DNA of 56,205 bases, filler included, from Sphacelaria rigidula (GCA_964200075.2; 5 parts of 5 records of this genome joined end to end with filler, not necessarily neighbours in it); one strand, 5' to 3'. Positions 23,802 to 41,219 are shown, counted from the whole stretch's first letter. Notes: generated by a model from the sequence alone, not told the origin. Numbers and translations are program-made.

Positions 23802-26123
23802 ATGAAAGTGGAATCTCTTCGAATTCTCAGCAAGAAACGAAAGCAGTCGCAAAGGGCCGAGCCAACATCAGGCGGGGCGGGGTACGATGGCGCACAACCT
23901 GGCAGCAACGGAAAATGTGTCAAGCGCGCACTGCCGGGCGGAGGCGATGCAGCTAGAGGCGACAATCCCGGCCATGCTGCCGGCTGCAAATCCGCGTCGG
24001 CATCGACTCCACACCTCTCGAAAATGCAGTCTGGGAGTTCGTGCCCTGGGGGGTCTTCCGGTAGCAAGGACTCCCAACGGCGACGATTTGTCTGGTCTGA
24101 ACCACTGCATCAGGACTTCGTCGCAGCAGTTTTCGACATAGGGCTCAAGTGCGCCTCCCCCAAGCTCCTACTAGAGATGATGCCTGTGGTCGACGGACTA
24201 ACCTCCGAGCACATTAAAAGCCATTTGCAGAAGTATCGCCTGCACCGACAGCGCTCGAGAGAGGAGTTCCTAAAGAGCTACGGCTATTTGACGGACCTCG
24301 ACGGTGGCAAGGGGCTAGGAGGCGGGTCGGCGGCAGCTGCAATCAAAGCTGCTGCGGCCGCCGCGGGAGGCATCGGAGGCTCGCTGGATTTCAAAGGAGG
24401 AGTCCCCAGAAGTTCTGCTGAAGGACGCGACGAATTAGGCTGTGACTCGAGTTGTGCTTGTGACGGAGACGCGCAAATGGTTTCGGATGGCGGCGAGATG
24501 GGGGAAAAGGTGAAGGAAATCGGCCGGAGTAAAGGTAGTGGGGAGGCTAGGCAAGGACCGAGGGCTGAGAGTGAAGATTCAGCGAACCTGCAAAAGCAAA
24601 CTCACGGCAAGGCGTCCGGTGAGGCTGGAGAGGGGAGTGCTGAGAGTGCTGAGATTGTAACAGGCCCGGGTCCGGTGTCACCAGGCGCTCGGGCTTTGCC
24701 AGTGATGACCAATGGGCTGTTTCAGTCGCACCTCGAACTCCTGGCCAAGGGCATAGATATGCAAATACAGTTTCATCACCACTTGGTGGAAGTGGTCAAG
24801 AGCCAGAAGGCACTGCAGGTGCAGCTGCTTGGACGGTCTGGAATCAACAGCAGCGCTGGCAGCGGCACATCTTCGGAACATGGAGGATTTGCGAGTCCGA
24901 CTCTTGCCTCCACTGCGGGTATGATCCGCGGGGCGATGCAAAGCACGCCGATGGAGCAGGCCCGAGTCCGAGGCAACAACGGACTTTTTGCTGGATATGG
25001 GAGGATGTTGGAGATGGACGTCACAGGAGCGAGTAAGAACGGCATGGCCATGCAGGTCACCAGGCAGGATACCTCTGTCGAGGACCAGGCTGAGGTGAGG
25101 AACGGAAAGGTAGAAAAACCATCTGCGCTTAACGGAGTGAGACGACAAACCGAGAGGAGCGTAGACCCCAAGCGGGAAAATGGAAGTCATCACGTGGCAG
25201 ATATGAACCCAGCAGTGGTTGCTGGGACAGCCTCGCCTCCCGCGTCTGCCCGTGCTGATCCCACGACTCACGACGCAAGCGCGCGGCAAAAGACGGCCGG
25301 TACGAACACGAGTGCGACAAACGTCGAGTCAAGCCCTTCATCGCGATTTAGTCTGGCAGCAATCCGCGCGGCGGTGTCGGTTCGAGTGGATACAAGTGCA
25401 AACCCGCCGAGGTCGGCCCCTCTGAGCCTGCCGTCATCGACAGCTGCGGGACGACGGGCTTACGTCCCGGGCGAGTACACTCTCAATACCAAGAGCTCAG
25501 GGGTGACGCAGACTGGGCAGGCAGAGGACGGTATTCCAGGATTAAATGGCACCACCGCGATTTTACGGGTAGATGGGGACGAAGTGGGGTTAGGGGGAAG
25601 CAGCAGTGGATGCGATACGCGGCACGTTGACCGCGCCGCGGAGCCGGCCTTGGCGGCTGCCGATGGGCAAGACCCGCGCACACTGCAGCGTCGCATGCAG
25701 ATGCAGATGGAAATGCAACGGACGATGCTGGAAGCGTGCGTGGATCAGGCGACGCTCTTCAAGATACACCGGGCGTGTGGCGCGGCGACGGGAGTTGTCC
25801 CCATGCAAACGAATGCTTTGCCCACCCGTGATGGTGCGGGCGCCGGCGAGCAGGGTAGTCGAGAAGGTAGATCGAGGGGTGGCGGAATTGGGGATGGCGA
25901 CATGGGTTTGACGATGGTGTCGAGGAACCAAGGCGCGGAGTCTATGCCGTCTTTGCAGCCCGCAGATCCGGCAGAACCAACTCCGGCAGCTTTCATGCCG
26001 CCGGAGGATGTGTTGAACTTCGATTGGCTTGACCACGGTGGTGAGTTGCAACAGGCGGATGCTACCGTACCTGTGTCTCAAGTCGAAGAAGCTCATTCCC
26101 TCTTCTCTTTTCTAACGGAGTAA
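23802..26123 (+). CDS. GARP/G2-like MYB (SHAQKYF-class) transcription factor with MYB-CC-like coiled-coil motifs; PHR1/PSR1-like
   Basis: Uninterrupted ORF (track 23733-26123; first in-frame ATG 23802). DNA-binding domain RRRFVWSEPLHQDFVAAVFDIGLKCASPKLLLEMM...LTSEHIKSHLQKYRL at ~24078-24242. LHEQLE-like segments at ~24720-24830 and ~25677-25763, N-terminal basic cluster SKKRK, acidic-hydrophobic C-terminus. An upstream exon cannot be excluded. Confidence 0.9.
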   Translation: MKVESLRILSKKRKQSQRAEPTSGGAGYDGAQPGSNGKCVKRALPGGGDAARGDNPGHAAGCKSASASTPHLSKMQSGSSCPGGSSGSKDSQRRRFVWSEPLHQDFVAAVFDIGLKCASPKLLLEMMPVVDGLTSEHIKSHLQKYRLHRQRSREEFLKSYGYLTDLDGGKGLGGGSAAAAIKAAAAAAGGIGGSLDFKGGVPRSSAEGRDELGCDSSCACDGDAQMVSDGGEMGEKVKEIGRSKGSGEARQGPRAESEDSANLQKQTHGKASGEAGEGSAESAEIVTGPGPVSPGARALPVMTNGLFQSHLELLAKGIDMQIQFHHHLVEVVKSQKALQVQLLGRSGINSSAGSGTSSEHGGFASPTLASTAGMIRGAMQSTPMEQARVRGNNGLFAGYGRMLEMDVTGASKNGMAMQVTRQDTSVEDQAEVRNGKVEKPSALNGVRRQTERSVDPKRENGSHHVADMNPAVVAGTASPPASARADPTTHDASARQKTAGTNTSATNVESSPSSRFSLAAIRAAVSVRVDTSANPPRSAPLSLPSSTAAGRRAYVPGEYTLNTKSSGVTQTGQAEDGIPGLNGTTAILRVDGDEVGLGGSSSGCDTRHVDRAAEPALAAADGQDPRTLQRRMQMQMEMQRTMLEACVDQATLFKIHRACGAATGVVPMQTNALPTRDGAGAGEQGSREGRSRGGGIGDGDMGLTMVSRNQGAESMPSLQPADPAEPTPAAFMPPEDVLNFDWLDHGGELQQADATVPVSQVEEAHSLFSFLTE

Positions 26124-28419
26124 TTCTTCCCTCCTTTGCTATGTGCTTTTGTGAAGACCAGTAGTTTTTATGAGCCAGTTGGTTTTATAGTGGTTATCGT
26201 GGATACCAATCCTCCTCAAGAGTGCTGTCCTTTGTCGCCCCTTGGTTCAAACCCTTGGCCAACGATGAAAATAGGTGTAAGGTCATCAGAGGATCCGTTT
26301 AGATTTCCGTGAAGTAGATTTTACTTTTGCCCGGCTTCACGTCGTGAAGGGATACCCTTCGGATCAGTCGCACAAACTGCATGTTTCTGTTTCGTCATTT
26401 TTTTGTTATAGTGTGCATGTCTTCGTTTTTAACTGACTAGCGGGCTGGTTGCTATTTGTTTTTTTATTGGAGCAATACGCGATGGCCTCAGGCCTGCGAT
26501 GCAGAACACTGTGTAAGTAACATCACATTGTCGCACGCCACGTGACAGGATTCACTGGGGGCCCCATGCCTGGCGTATGTCGATACAGTAGGTTTGAAGT
26601 CATGTTTCTGTAAGTTTGATGTCCGCAGTTTTTTAGCGCATTTCGTGTAGTGTGACTCGGATCCAGTAGAGACGTTTGCAGCAGTGTACAAGACAAAGTT
26701 TACACACGCAGCGTGGTGATGTGCATACCCTGGACAAAAGAATACACGGTCAAAAAATGTACTGCGTACAGTATGGGATATATTGTCTATTGCAATAGGC
26801 AATAGATCCCATACTGTACGCAGTATACTTTTCGACCGTGTATTCTATTGTCCAGGGTATGATGATGTGTTGAGATGTGTAACAGCCAGGCATTTCTGAT
26901 CGGTGGCATTACTGTTCGTGACAGCCAGGCATCTGTGCTGTTGTAAAACATTGTGGCGTCACGACCGGACGACACCCGTGGTGGCTGTGCCGTTTGGCTG
27001 TGAGAATGAATATGTAGGCGGGATTCGTTTTGGCAAGCACGCACGCAAGGGCACGGGATTATGTCGCATACAGATTCAGTAGAGTGCTTACTCCTCGGTT
27101 GGAGACGTGCGCCAGCATGCAGCGGCGGTACGCTGAGGGCTAGGCAGGTTAAGCAGTGCTCGTTCGTGTTTGGTTTTGCATTTCGGAGTCCCCTTATGCT
27201 GCACGAAAGTGACAATATTGAGTTGACGTAGCATTGCATTTCTGTAGAGCTTTTTTTTCAATCTGGATGCGATGTAAACTAAACCCTTTACCAAGTACGC
27301 ACAAGAATATGATCGCGGCGTACGTTCCATTTCAGCTAGTTATATTAGGGTTCGCATAATTTACGGTAGCTGCTGCTTACTGTAGTATGTGGTAAGGTTA
27401 GTGCTTGATTTGGTGGATACCCTGATGAAGTGGAGAAGTGTTTTTGTCTTTGCTTCCCTTCACGCCGCTCCACCCCTGGTGAATTGAGATGGTGGTGTTT
27501 TGAGTTCCGTAAAAAAACGTTGTTGGGGGTTTCCTGTATCACTATCTCGGTGAAGTTCCTCTTGAGTGCCTTGTTGACGTTGATATTGTCGTTGAGAAAG
27601 TATTTTGTGCCGATATCCTGGAAATACGAAGCCTTTCGGTATTCGCTCTGGGCCCTAATTCAGACAGTCTTGTATATTGCCCACGGAAGACATGACTTGT
27701 TGCTCACGTGCTGGTGAACTCGTGTACCCGTGCTTCTCACTTAACTCTGCTCTGCGCTGAAGGAATAGACACCAACTCAAACACAAGGCAGCAGACTACA
27801 CTTTTACGTTGAGAGGCGCTAAATTACAGGGTTGCACAAGAAATGATGCCACGACACAATTCACAGCCCTGTTCCCCTCTCAAAAGATCGCATTTTATGA
27901 TGAGCATCATGTGCGGAGAAATGCCATGATCGTGCAATACTTGCCATTCAACGATTGACCCCCATCATTTACCACTTAGCTACATACCATCCATCGTCTG
28001 TGTAAATCCGATGAAACGGTACACTTTACTAAGTGCAATATAGGTGTAGCCATCCTGACGTTTTGTGAGCTCCAGTCCTTGACTTTATAATAGTGAGATT
28101 TTTTTAAATCAACTCCTTGAAACAGTCAACGCACGCCCTAGTGGCGAAGTACATTCTCCCTGAGACAGCCAAACACGAATTTCAACACACCCCTTACACT
28201 ATGGCAGCGAGCCACGTTTTCTGGCCTAGCTCTATGGTACTCAATTTATTCGCTTGTAGCGTTCGCCGCGGAAGAGTTGGTTCGACGTCGCTATCTGTAC
28301 ATGATTGGCACTGCGGTACCATATCGCCCGGGAACACCTTTGAGCAGCCATGATCGATGCTTTTGCAAATCGCCGTGAGTGACCCCGGGTGAAGAAACGC
28401 GCCAAAAACCGGCGGAAAT

Positions 28420-33381
<4,962 letters not shown>

Positions 33382-33684
33382 CTAGCTGTCCGATCAACGC
33401 TGAGTTATTTCTCTTTCGTGCAACAACCAGCAGCGGAGGCGCGGTGCCGAAGCAGCCACACACACCGAGATGTACGCTACGCTCAAGTTCATTAGCGGTA
33501 GCCCACGACGGCCAACCTGCCGAGTGTTCCCCACATCAGTAATGGCAAAACCGCGCGGACCGACTGAAGGCATATTTTTGTTCTCTTGACCCTTTTGGGA
33601 CTGGGCCTCCCGAACGACCAACGAGGCTGGTTAGTAATGACGTGTCGTGCATATACATGAAACAGTGACTTCATGTTGCTAAAA

Positions 33685-33784
33685 NNNNNNNNNNNNNNNN
33701 NNNNNNNNNNNNNNNNNNNNNNNNNNNNTTAATTAATTAANNNNNNNNNNNNNNNNNNNNNNNNNNNNNNNNNNNNNNNNNNNN
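33685..33784. other. Artificial scaffold linker (N44-TTAATTAATTAA-N44)
   Basis: Same 100-bp spacer as the other linkers. Confidence 0.97.
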
Positions 33785-34701
33785 GGTGATGAGATATTGC
33801 TCTGCCAGGTTAAATCCGTTTCTGGGCTGGCCCAGCTCGTATTGAAAATGCAAGGTTGGCAAAAAAACAAACTGCGGTCCCCGGAACCGCGAACATGTTC
33901 TGAAAGGTCTCGACGAATAAAGCAGGTCATTCCAAGGCGTCGATATCTGCCTAGCCCTCTTCTCGGGTGTAAAACGACGAGAAGGGCCAAAAAAGCAGTT
34001 TGCCGACGAGATATTTTATTCAAACATACGAAGTGGCCTTAGGGGCGTTCTAGTGTACCGCGGACATTGTTCTTGGTCCCTATCTCTATTTCTCAGCTCA
34101 ATTTTCAGAATCGTGATTTGAAATTGAGCATGGAGAAATCCCAAGGGCATACGAGTACTGATAAAACATACAAAAAACGGGCCTGTACTTTCTTGCTGGT
34201 GAGTTGAGGTAGTTCTCGTGAAAAATGGTCTTCACTGTACTAAAACGTCCTCTGGACTATGGGGGGAAAACGAAATCAATGTGTCCGATTTTTTGTTCCA
34301 TTATGCTCGAGAAATTTCCCACACAAAAATTGCGAAAACTGGGCTCACTCTTGACCTGCAAAATACCGCTTCGGATTACAACCGGCCCTGGTTCTAAAAT
34401 TGCCCACTCCCACCTCAATTTTGAGATTTGGATTTTCACATTTGCCTATTCAACTTCAACCGGGCATAAGAAGAGAATAAATTTTGGTACGCTGATTTCT
34501 TTCCTTTTCATGACTACGGACGCTGTACTGGAACCTGTATCTTGTTTCTTGCTCTTTATTCATGAAAATTAATCTCAACCGTCCAATATTTTTTCAACAC
34601 TCTGTTGATTCTCATCACCAAATTTAAAGTCCAAACCTCAAAATTGGGGTTAGAACGGATTTCGAACCTACTGATCCGCTCCTAGGCTGGCCCAGCTCGT
34701 A

Positions 34702-34982
34702 GCAGTTCAGCAATCCCAGCGAAACCAAATCGTCTTCGCAAGGTCCAAACACACCGTAGTACAGCCAGTAACAGCTACAGGACATGAGAGGACGCGTGGG
34801 TGTGTTTGCGCTGTCGTCCAGTAAAACATGACATGTCCCATGTTGTAATTCGTCGCCTGATTTTGAAGGGGTCCTCAATCTCGGCCGGGTGCCGATTTGG
34901 AACGCCTGGCCAAAATCGCGCTTTGCGGGTAAATATTTTAGTTCGCATCGTGTGACACCTATCCGTGGGAGGTGAGCCGGTG
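34702..34982 (+). repeat. Partial copy of the long-TIR MITE family (full copy 54922-55813)
   Basis: Shares CAATCCCAGCG...CGTCTTCGCAAGG.CC.AACACACC and the terminal GGGAGGTGAGCC. Further partial copies at ~7200-7590, ~39720-40085 and ~53815-54365. Confidence 0.7.
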
Positions 34983-35874
34983 AAACGTCAAAAATCAACG
35001 CCCAGAAAATAAGAGAAATAATCTGGTTCCCTTACAGCTAGCGGAGAAAATTTGCCCAACGGCTTGTTCGTTTTCTCCCATCATTCCTGACCCGTCCCCT
35101 TCCCCAGGACGAGGCCCTGGTCTCAAGGGACCAACTCATCTCTCCCCCCGTACACACCTCGCATTCGGGTATCGCGGATTAGATCTTGTCCACACCTTGG
35201 ACAATATATGGTCAATAGTTGCAATAGGCATTTACTTTATGTAGTTCCAAAATGGACACTGCTCCGTGCGTGCTTGTTATCAGACATGATTTAGGGGGCA
35301 GCAGTCCCGACATACCTCGACCGGTTCCACCACCGCATCGTTTCTTGCGCTTACACACGTAGATACCTAGCAACTCTACTCTCCTTGCTACGTTTCCCAC
35401 GCTTTCGGCGACGGTTACCTGGTGTCGCTGCCGCGGGCTGTGTAGCCGCGGCAAAATTTGCCGTCGGAAAAAACTCCGTTGGGAAAAATTCCGCCGCATC
35501 AGGATTTAGTGCCGTCATCATCGTCGAGCGTAAGCAGCAGGTAGGGCAGCAAGACGGTTGCTACGCTATTACTGCTGTTGCTGTTGTTACTACTGCTGTC
35601 GACGACGATGTCTTTTCTACACCTCAGGTGTGTGCGTGCAGGTTTGCAGTTCACACACCCGCCCCAGGCCGGGCAGCCCGGGGAGGGAAGAAGTACACTT
35701 CTCGTCTATTGCATCTTATGATCATATATTGTCGAGGGTGTGATCATGTTCATCAGCACTCCCGCACTGCGTCGACTGTCGTCCAACAGACTCAGACCCT
35801 TTTTGATACTCACAGTCTCCTCACGTTTTCAACGACCGAACTCAGATACTTCTGAAAATTAGTCCAAGGGTTGA

Positions 35875-36176
35875 TATTCACCGTCACACAGCGAGGGTAG
35901 GTCACATGCTGAATCGGCATCAATGTTCACCTGAAAGTATGCGTGATCCAGATGGACTACCCGCACCGGGGTCTGTAAGCGTTAACCCTTGGATGGCGAG
36001 AGTAGGTCATCTGTTGACCGGGCATCAATTTCACTTGAAAAAGAATGCATGATCCAGATGGACTACCCTCGCGGTCTTAGGGTTAACACTAGTCTTTCTG
36101 GATCATGCATACTTTTTTTTCACTTGAAAGTGATGCCGATTCAACAGAAGACTAACCTCACGGTCTACGGGTTAAC
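35875..36176. mobile_element. Cluster of three ~100-bp piggyBac-like mini elements
   Basis: Central copy 35986-36082 is TTAA|CCCTTGGATGGCGAGAGTAGGTCATCTG...CAGATGGACTACCCTCGCGGTCTTAGGG|TTAA (21/28 TIR match). It is flanked by a same-orientation copy (~35875-35981) and an inverted partial copy (~36087-36171) ending GGG|TTAA. Confidence 0.65.
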
Positions 36177-36324
36177 GGGCTCTATTGTTCATCCTCATTT
36201 TTTCATCAATTCATGGATAGAATTGAATGAAATAAATAAAATTTATGAAATTACGGATGGAAATAGATAATAACGGATGAAGAAATGAAAAATAATGCCC
36301 GTTAACAACGGCAATAACTTGGCG

Positions 36325-36407
36325 CGTCAGGTGGGAATGGAGCCCGCATTTTCCTGACGAAATGGTCCACAATGGGAACAGTTGCACCACTAGACCAGCA
36401 GGGCACG
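36325..36407 (-). pseudogene. Degenerate tRNA-derived sequence
   Basis: Minus strand has A-box TGGTCTAGTGG and a decayed B-box GGCTCCATTCCC at tRNA-like spacing. No clean cloverleaf. Confidence 0.4.
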
Positions 36408-39201
36408 GCGGACTGGGATCAGAAAAAGTAGTCCGCCGGACAAAATCGCCTTCAAATAGGCTGCACTACCCAAATTTGTACACGTGCAAATTTATGTCGC
36501 ATGTATACTACCAGGGTTAGACAACTCCACGCGGACCTGCGCTGGCGCAGATTATTGGGAAAAGTGGCCGATGCCCAGCTGTTGGGAGTTTGTCTGTGCG
36601 GCTTGCCGCAGGGAAAAAACTTGGGCCACCCTTTTTTCGCCGGAGGCAAAAAACAATCTGCGGCCCTCTATTTTTCGCCGGAGGCAAAACTTGGGGGGGG
36701 GGGGGGGATTCGCCGCAAGGCTCATACCGTCGAAATGGCCCCATTTTGACAAATCTAGGTGTGTTTTTGAAAAGAAAACCGCAAAAAATTCGCTCCGCAG
36801 GCCCCTTCGGGAGGCCGCATGTCGCCTTCAGCTCTCGCCTGCGTTTTTCTTACCCTGTGCACTACTGTACAAAGTGCCGAAAAATTCAGACAGCACTGGT
36901 GTGATGGATGAGGACGGTGCAAGAACAACGGGGGTACCGTTGATACCGGTGAGGGTACGTGGCGAAAAATGCCCCCCCTCCCCCCCCCCTCTCACGTGCG
37001 CACGAATGTCGAGCACGAAGATAGTATTGAGAGTTGTCAACGACTATTCCGCCGAAACTCGCACTCCGACTGCGCCAACGATCTAGTCCATCCGTTTTCG
37101 GCAGAGTTTGTCCAAGCTGGGCTCGGAAATCTGATAGTTGGATACGGGTATGCTGCTTGGTTGTTGTCTAGAAAATAATATTCGGATCTTCACAGGGCAT
37201 ACAGTCGTCCCAGGCGCTCGCCTGGGATTTGCGCAGCTGGCGCAGCGCGTGTTTTGGCTTAGCTCGACGCCTCAAGCACCGGTTTGAGCCGAACATAAAG
37301 CACTCTTTGCCTCGGGCACTAGATGCAACCCCTTTGCCCGGAGGTTCTTCGTCTGCCTTGAGTTGGGATCGGGGCTACGGTTGGCGTTACGGTTTGACTG
37401 TGACAATGGACCCGGCTGTTGGTGGAACAGGATATTTCGGGTAACACTAGATATTTGCTGGTGGGTCTCGAGAAGGAATCAACGTCAAAGCACTTGAATC
37501 GCTGTAATGAATCGGCGGTACTGTGTACTCTGTGCACCCATCATCACCACGCTAGGGCACCACGCCACACTGTACTGTGGCACAGGGTGTTGCAGGTTGG
37601 CACAACTGCAATCAGGAGCAAAACATGGATTTAAAAAAATCATGGGACTGAACATCTGCTCATCCGTACAACGATTACTGTGCATATCAAGGGTCTACCT
37701 CTCGATTCAACACTTGCATTGCAAATGCGAACGCTTTGATTGTGCCTCTCACATGTCTGGATCTTGCCGAAAGAGAGCATCAAGCTCATCGATCAGAGGT
37801 GTTTGTAAGTCGTCCATCCTCTGCCAGCAACAGTTGCTTGTGCAGTGCCTCCTTGGACTTTGCTTTGGAACTCAACACGCCCGCGTCTTTTTTGCCATGT
37901 TCCATCTATGCGTGTTTAACCGCCCTTCATCCCCCTTCATCTATTTACTGGGCGTTCCCTCAGGTGCATTCGTAAGCATGAGGACGCAAAGTATCTGCAC
38001 GTTTATCGCGGTTTTTCTCGTCCATTTCAAGTGGTATATTACTACATACGATGAGCTGTGCGTATCCTCTTTTTGAAAGACAGTGGGTCTGAATATAAAT
38101 ATTTATAATCCGATGTGCATCGGCGGGCAGTCGGACTCATTGCTCATTGGCGTAACAACATATCTCCCACTCGCTAGAGCTGCTGCCCTTGGAGCTCCAC
38201 CGAGGTCAACTGCACATAGTTCGTTGCCCGCAGGTTTCTTCCAGGGTCGGCGATTCAACCATGTTTTTTCGCAATGGAAAACAAGCCGCAGGGCATCTGT
38301 TGGTCAACAGCAAAGGTGCAGTAAAAGTCCTTGACACTGTCCCTCATGTTGATACTGACCTCTTGTGAGGTACTGCATGATGAACTTGTCTGCGTTGTAC
38401 AAAATTGTATGGCTTCCCAAAGCGACGGCCTTCGAGTAGCTCAGCACGGCACTTTTGCCGCCGTATCTGCTCCTGTTACTGTTGAGCGCCTTGGCTGGAC
38501 CGCCTGCTTCTTCATACGGCTAGCCGACTTGATACCACTGATTGTGCTGTACTACACTACTGTCCGCCCTGTATTGTACTCCAGTTGGCGTACCATTATC
38601 TGACGGTGGATAAGACCCCCTCGCTCGATTTCCCCAAACGGGGAGTGTCTCGCCCGCTTGCTAGAACACCATATTCATATGAACAATCTCAACAAATGCT
38701 TTAAAATGACTGTATCCGTTGGCGTCATTGATTTTGCATAATACCTTCCTGAGAACAATCGGCGTTGACAGTTTCTGTCCTATTGAGGGCAGGAGGGGGG
38801 GGGGTGTTGTGCACCACATCACCTACATTGCCACCTCGAACACGGAACTGCCTCCACCCTCATGTCAGCGGGATATTTTCAGGGAACCATTATTATTATA
38901 CCCCAGCACGTAATATATATATACATATATTCGACAAATTTGCACAATTTTAAATAACGAGAAACGTGATGCCGAAGAGAACAACGAAGAACTGGCGTCA
39001 ACCCTTCTAGCGCGGCGCTACCTCGGGAACAACATCCCCGTCTGACAGTCCCAGCGAAAATGGGTTCGGGCGTTGTCATGTGTTGTCCCATCACAGTTCG
39101 CTACGGTAACGAACGTGTAGATGCTATCTCGAGGTCATTTTTGCACCGTGAAAACCCAAGATAGTCCGGCAGACTGAGGATAGAATTTGCTTGGTAACTA
39201 C

Positions 39202-39550
39202 GCTCTGGTCGCCCCGGTGGCTCAGTTGGTAACCTCAAAACCTCATCACGGTTGGGTCGTGGGTTCAAATCTCGGAGCGATCTGGGATTTTTCTCACACC
39301 ATGCCCAACAGTAGAGAGCGACCATGTCGTGGGTACACAAAATTCGACTCAACGGTCGACGAGGAAAAGGGCCCTCTCGCGATGAAAAAGAACGGCAAGC
39401 ACCGCAGAAGGAAGGTGGGGTACTGAAAACAAATAAAGAAGAAAAGGCTCCTGTGTTGATCTTTCTCCTGTGCGACCCCGGCTGATGCGCCAAAATATAC
39501 CGAAAGGTGTAGACAGGTGCCCAGAGTAGAAGGGACGACAACACACACAC
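39202..39550 (+). mobile_element. Full-length tRNA-derived SINE (~350 bp)
   Basis: A-box TGGCTCAGTTGG (39218-39229), B-box GGTTCAAATC (39262-39271), (CA)n tail, and flanking direct repeat AACTAC (39196-39201 and 39551-39556). Other copies at 16183-16463 and a tail fragment at ~21602-21652. Confidence 0.8.
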
Positions 39551-41178
39551 AACTACCAATGAGGTCGCTCCATTCTACCTGGGCATTGCCAGGAGAGTAC
39601 TCTAGAACCTAGTGGTCGTCCGGACTACTCTCATAGCATGTTCCAACACAACAGAGTATAGATAGTACAGTATAGTGCACTGAACGCAATATAGTAGCAC
39701 AGTACAGTACACAACGCACAGCACCAGCAGGAGTGTCGCAGCATCGGACAGCGCCTTGTTCGCTTCACGGAAGACGAAACAGCCAACACACCATGAAGCT
39801 TTCAACAACGTCCAGCCAGCACTGCGTCCCGCCTACCACTGTTGTCTGCGGAGACCGACACAACGAGGAGATCGCAGCTTATGCAATCCAAACCGTCTTC
39901 GCAATGCGTAAACACGCCACAACAGTGCAGGTAGTGCAAGCTCCAACACATGAGAGAGGGCTTGAGTGTGTTTTTGCTGCGGTACAGTAGTGAAACAAGA
40001 CATGTCCCATGGTCTGGTTTTAGACAGGTACTCAATTTCGGTCGAGTGCCGAGTTTGAACGCTCGGCCATAATCGCGCTTCTTTCAATTCACTTGGGTTA
40101 CCCTTTACTTCATTTAGGACCAGTCGCATGACGAACGCCAGGTGAAAGTTGTGTGATTATGATCTCTGTATGACCCGACCCGCTTACTCATAACCCTGGG
40201 CACGTCGACCGTCATCCCGGCCCTCCGTCATCCTCCAAACCCCGGTCAGGGCTCGTCATACTCCTCATTTGGAGGCACCCTGTCTGGGTGCCCCATCCGG
40301 CCACTCTGTTCTCAAACCCCGGGCCAAGCCTTGCAAACCTCGTCGGATTGAAGTCCACGTCGCGTCTCTACACGCTCCGCACTCTTTCGCCGAGTGAGAA
40401 GCTACGACCTACACACACCCACTGTTCTCGGCTAGATAAGTCACGCCTGCTGTTCATAGGCCTGTTCTGTTTTACAGTTGTTCCAGATCCTCTTCCAAAC
40501 CCGATGGTTGAATACGGACGAGATTTTAGGATATACCATGTTACAGTTGCCGACCATTTTTTTGTTGGTTCGTCCTTGTTTCGCTTGTTTGTTTTGCTCA
40601 TTTTTTCGGTTTACTCCGTTTTTCCGTTCCACCTTTTCTGCTTCATTCCCTTCTGTTCGGCGAGTTTTGCCGCTTTGTTAACCTTGAGCATATCTGTCTT
40701 GTGGATAACGACCACTGCTGGGTCCATCGGGCATCAGTTCATGTGCGACAATCAACTGATCAATCGCATTATATTCGAGTCCTTCGAAGGCTCACCATCA
40801 CGATCGCCCACCCAGCTTGTGAGCGCAGCGTGCCCAGCACGTGTTTGGGCGAAGCACGCGTCGCCTAGAGCACGATATGCGCCCCATCCACCCCCACCCC
40901 CTCCCCCTCGCCCGAAGGATCTCGATCTGCGTTGAGTTGGGTTCGGGTTAGGATTGCGGTGTGACAAAAAAAACGAAAACAAAGTACGTTTTACCACCGA
41001 TTTCCGTTCGGAGCCTAGCCGGGGCCAACTCTAGTCACAACAACAATTCTGTACGAAAATGCTATGCATCAACAAAGATAGACTCGTGTAGACTGCTTCA
41101 CTACCATAGATGCAGATGCAGCAAACCCTGACGCTGGAGCTGAGCATCCTCCCCTCCTCTCTTTGGACCCCGCCCCCC

Positions 41179-41219
<41 letters not shown>

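Noticed and set aside
36484..40935. Long ORFs 36484-37086, 37507-38076 and 40288-40935
   Set aside because: No recognisable motifs, atypical composition and repeat-rich context; no support as genes.
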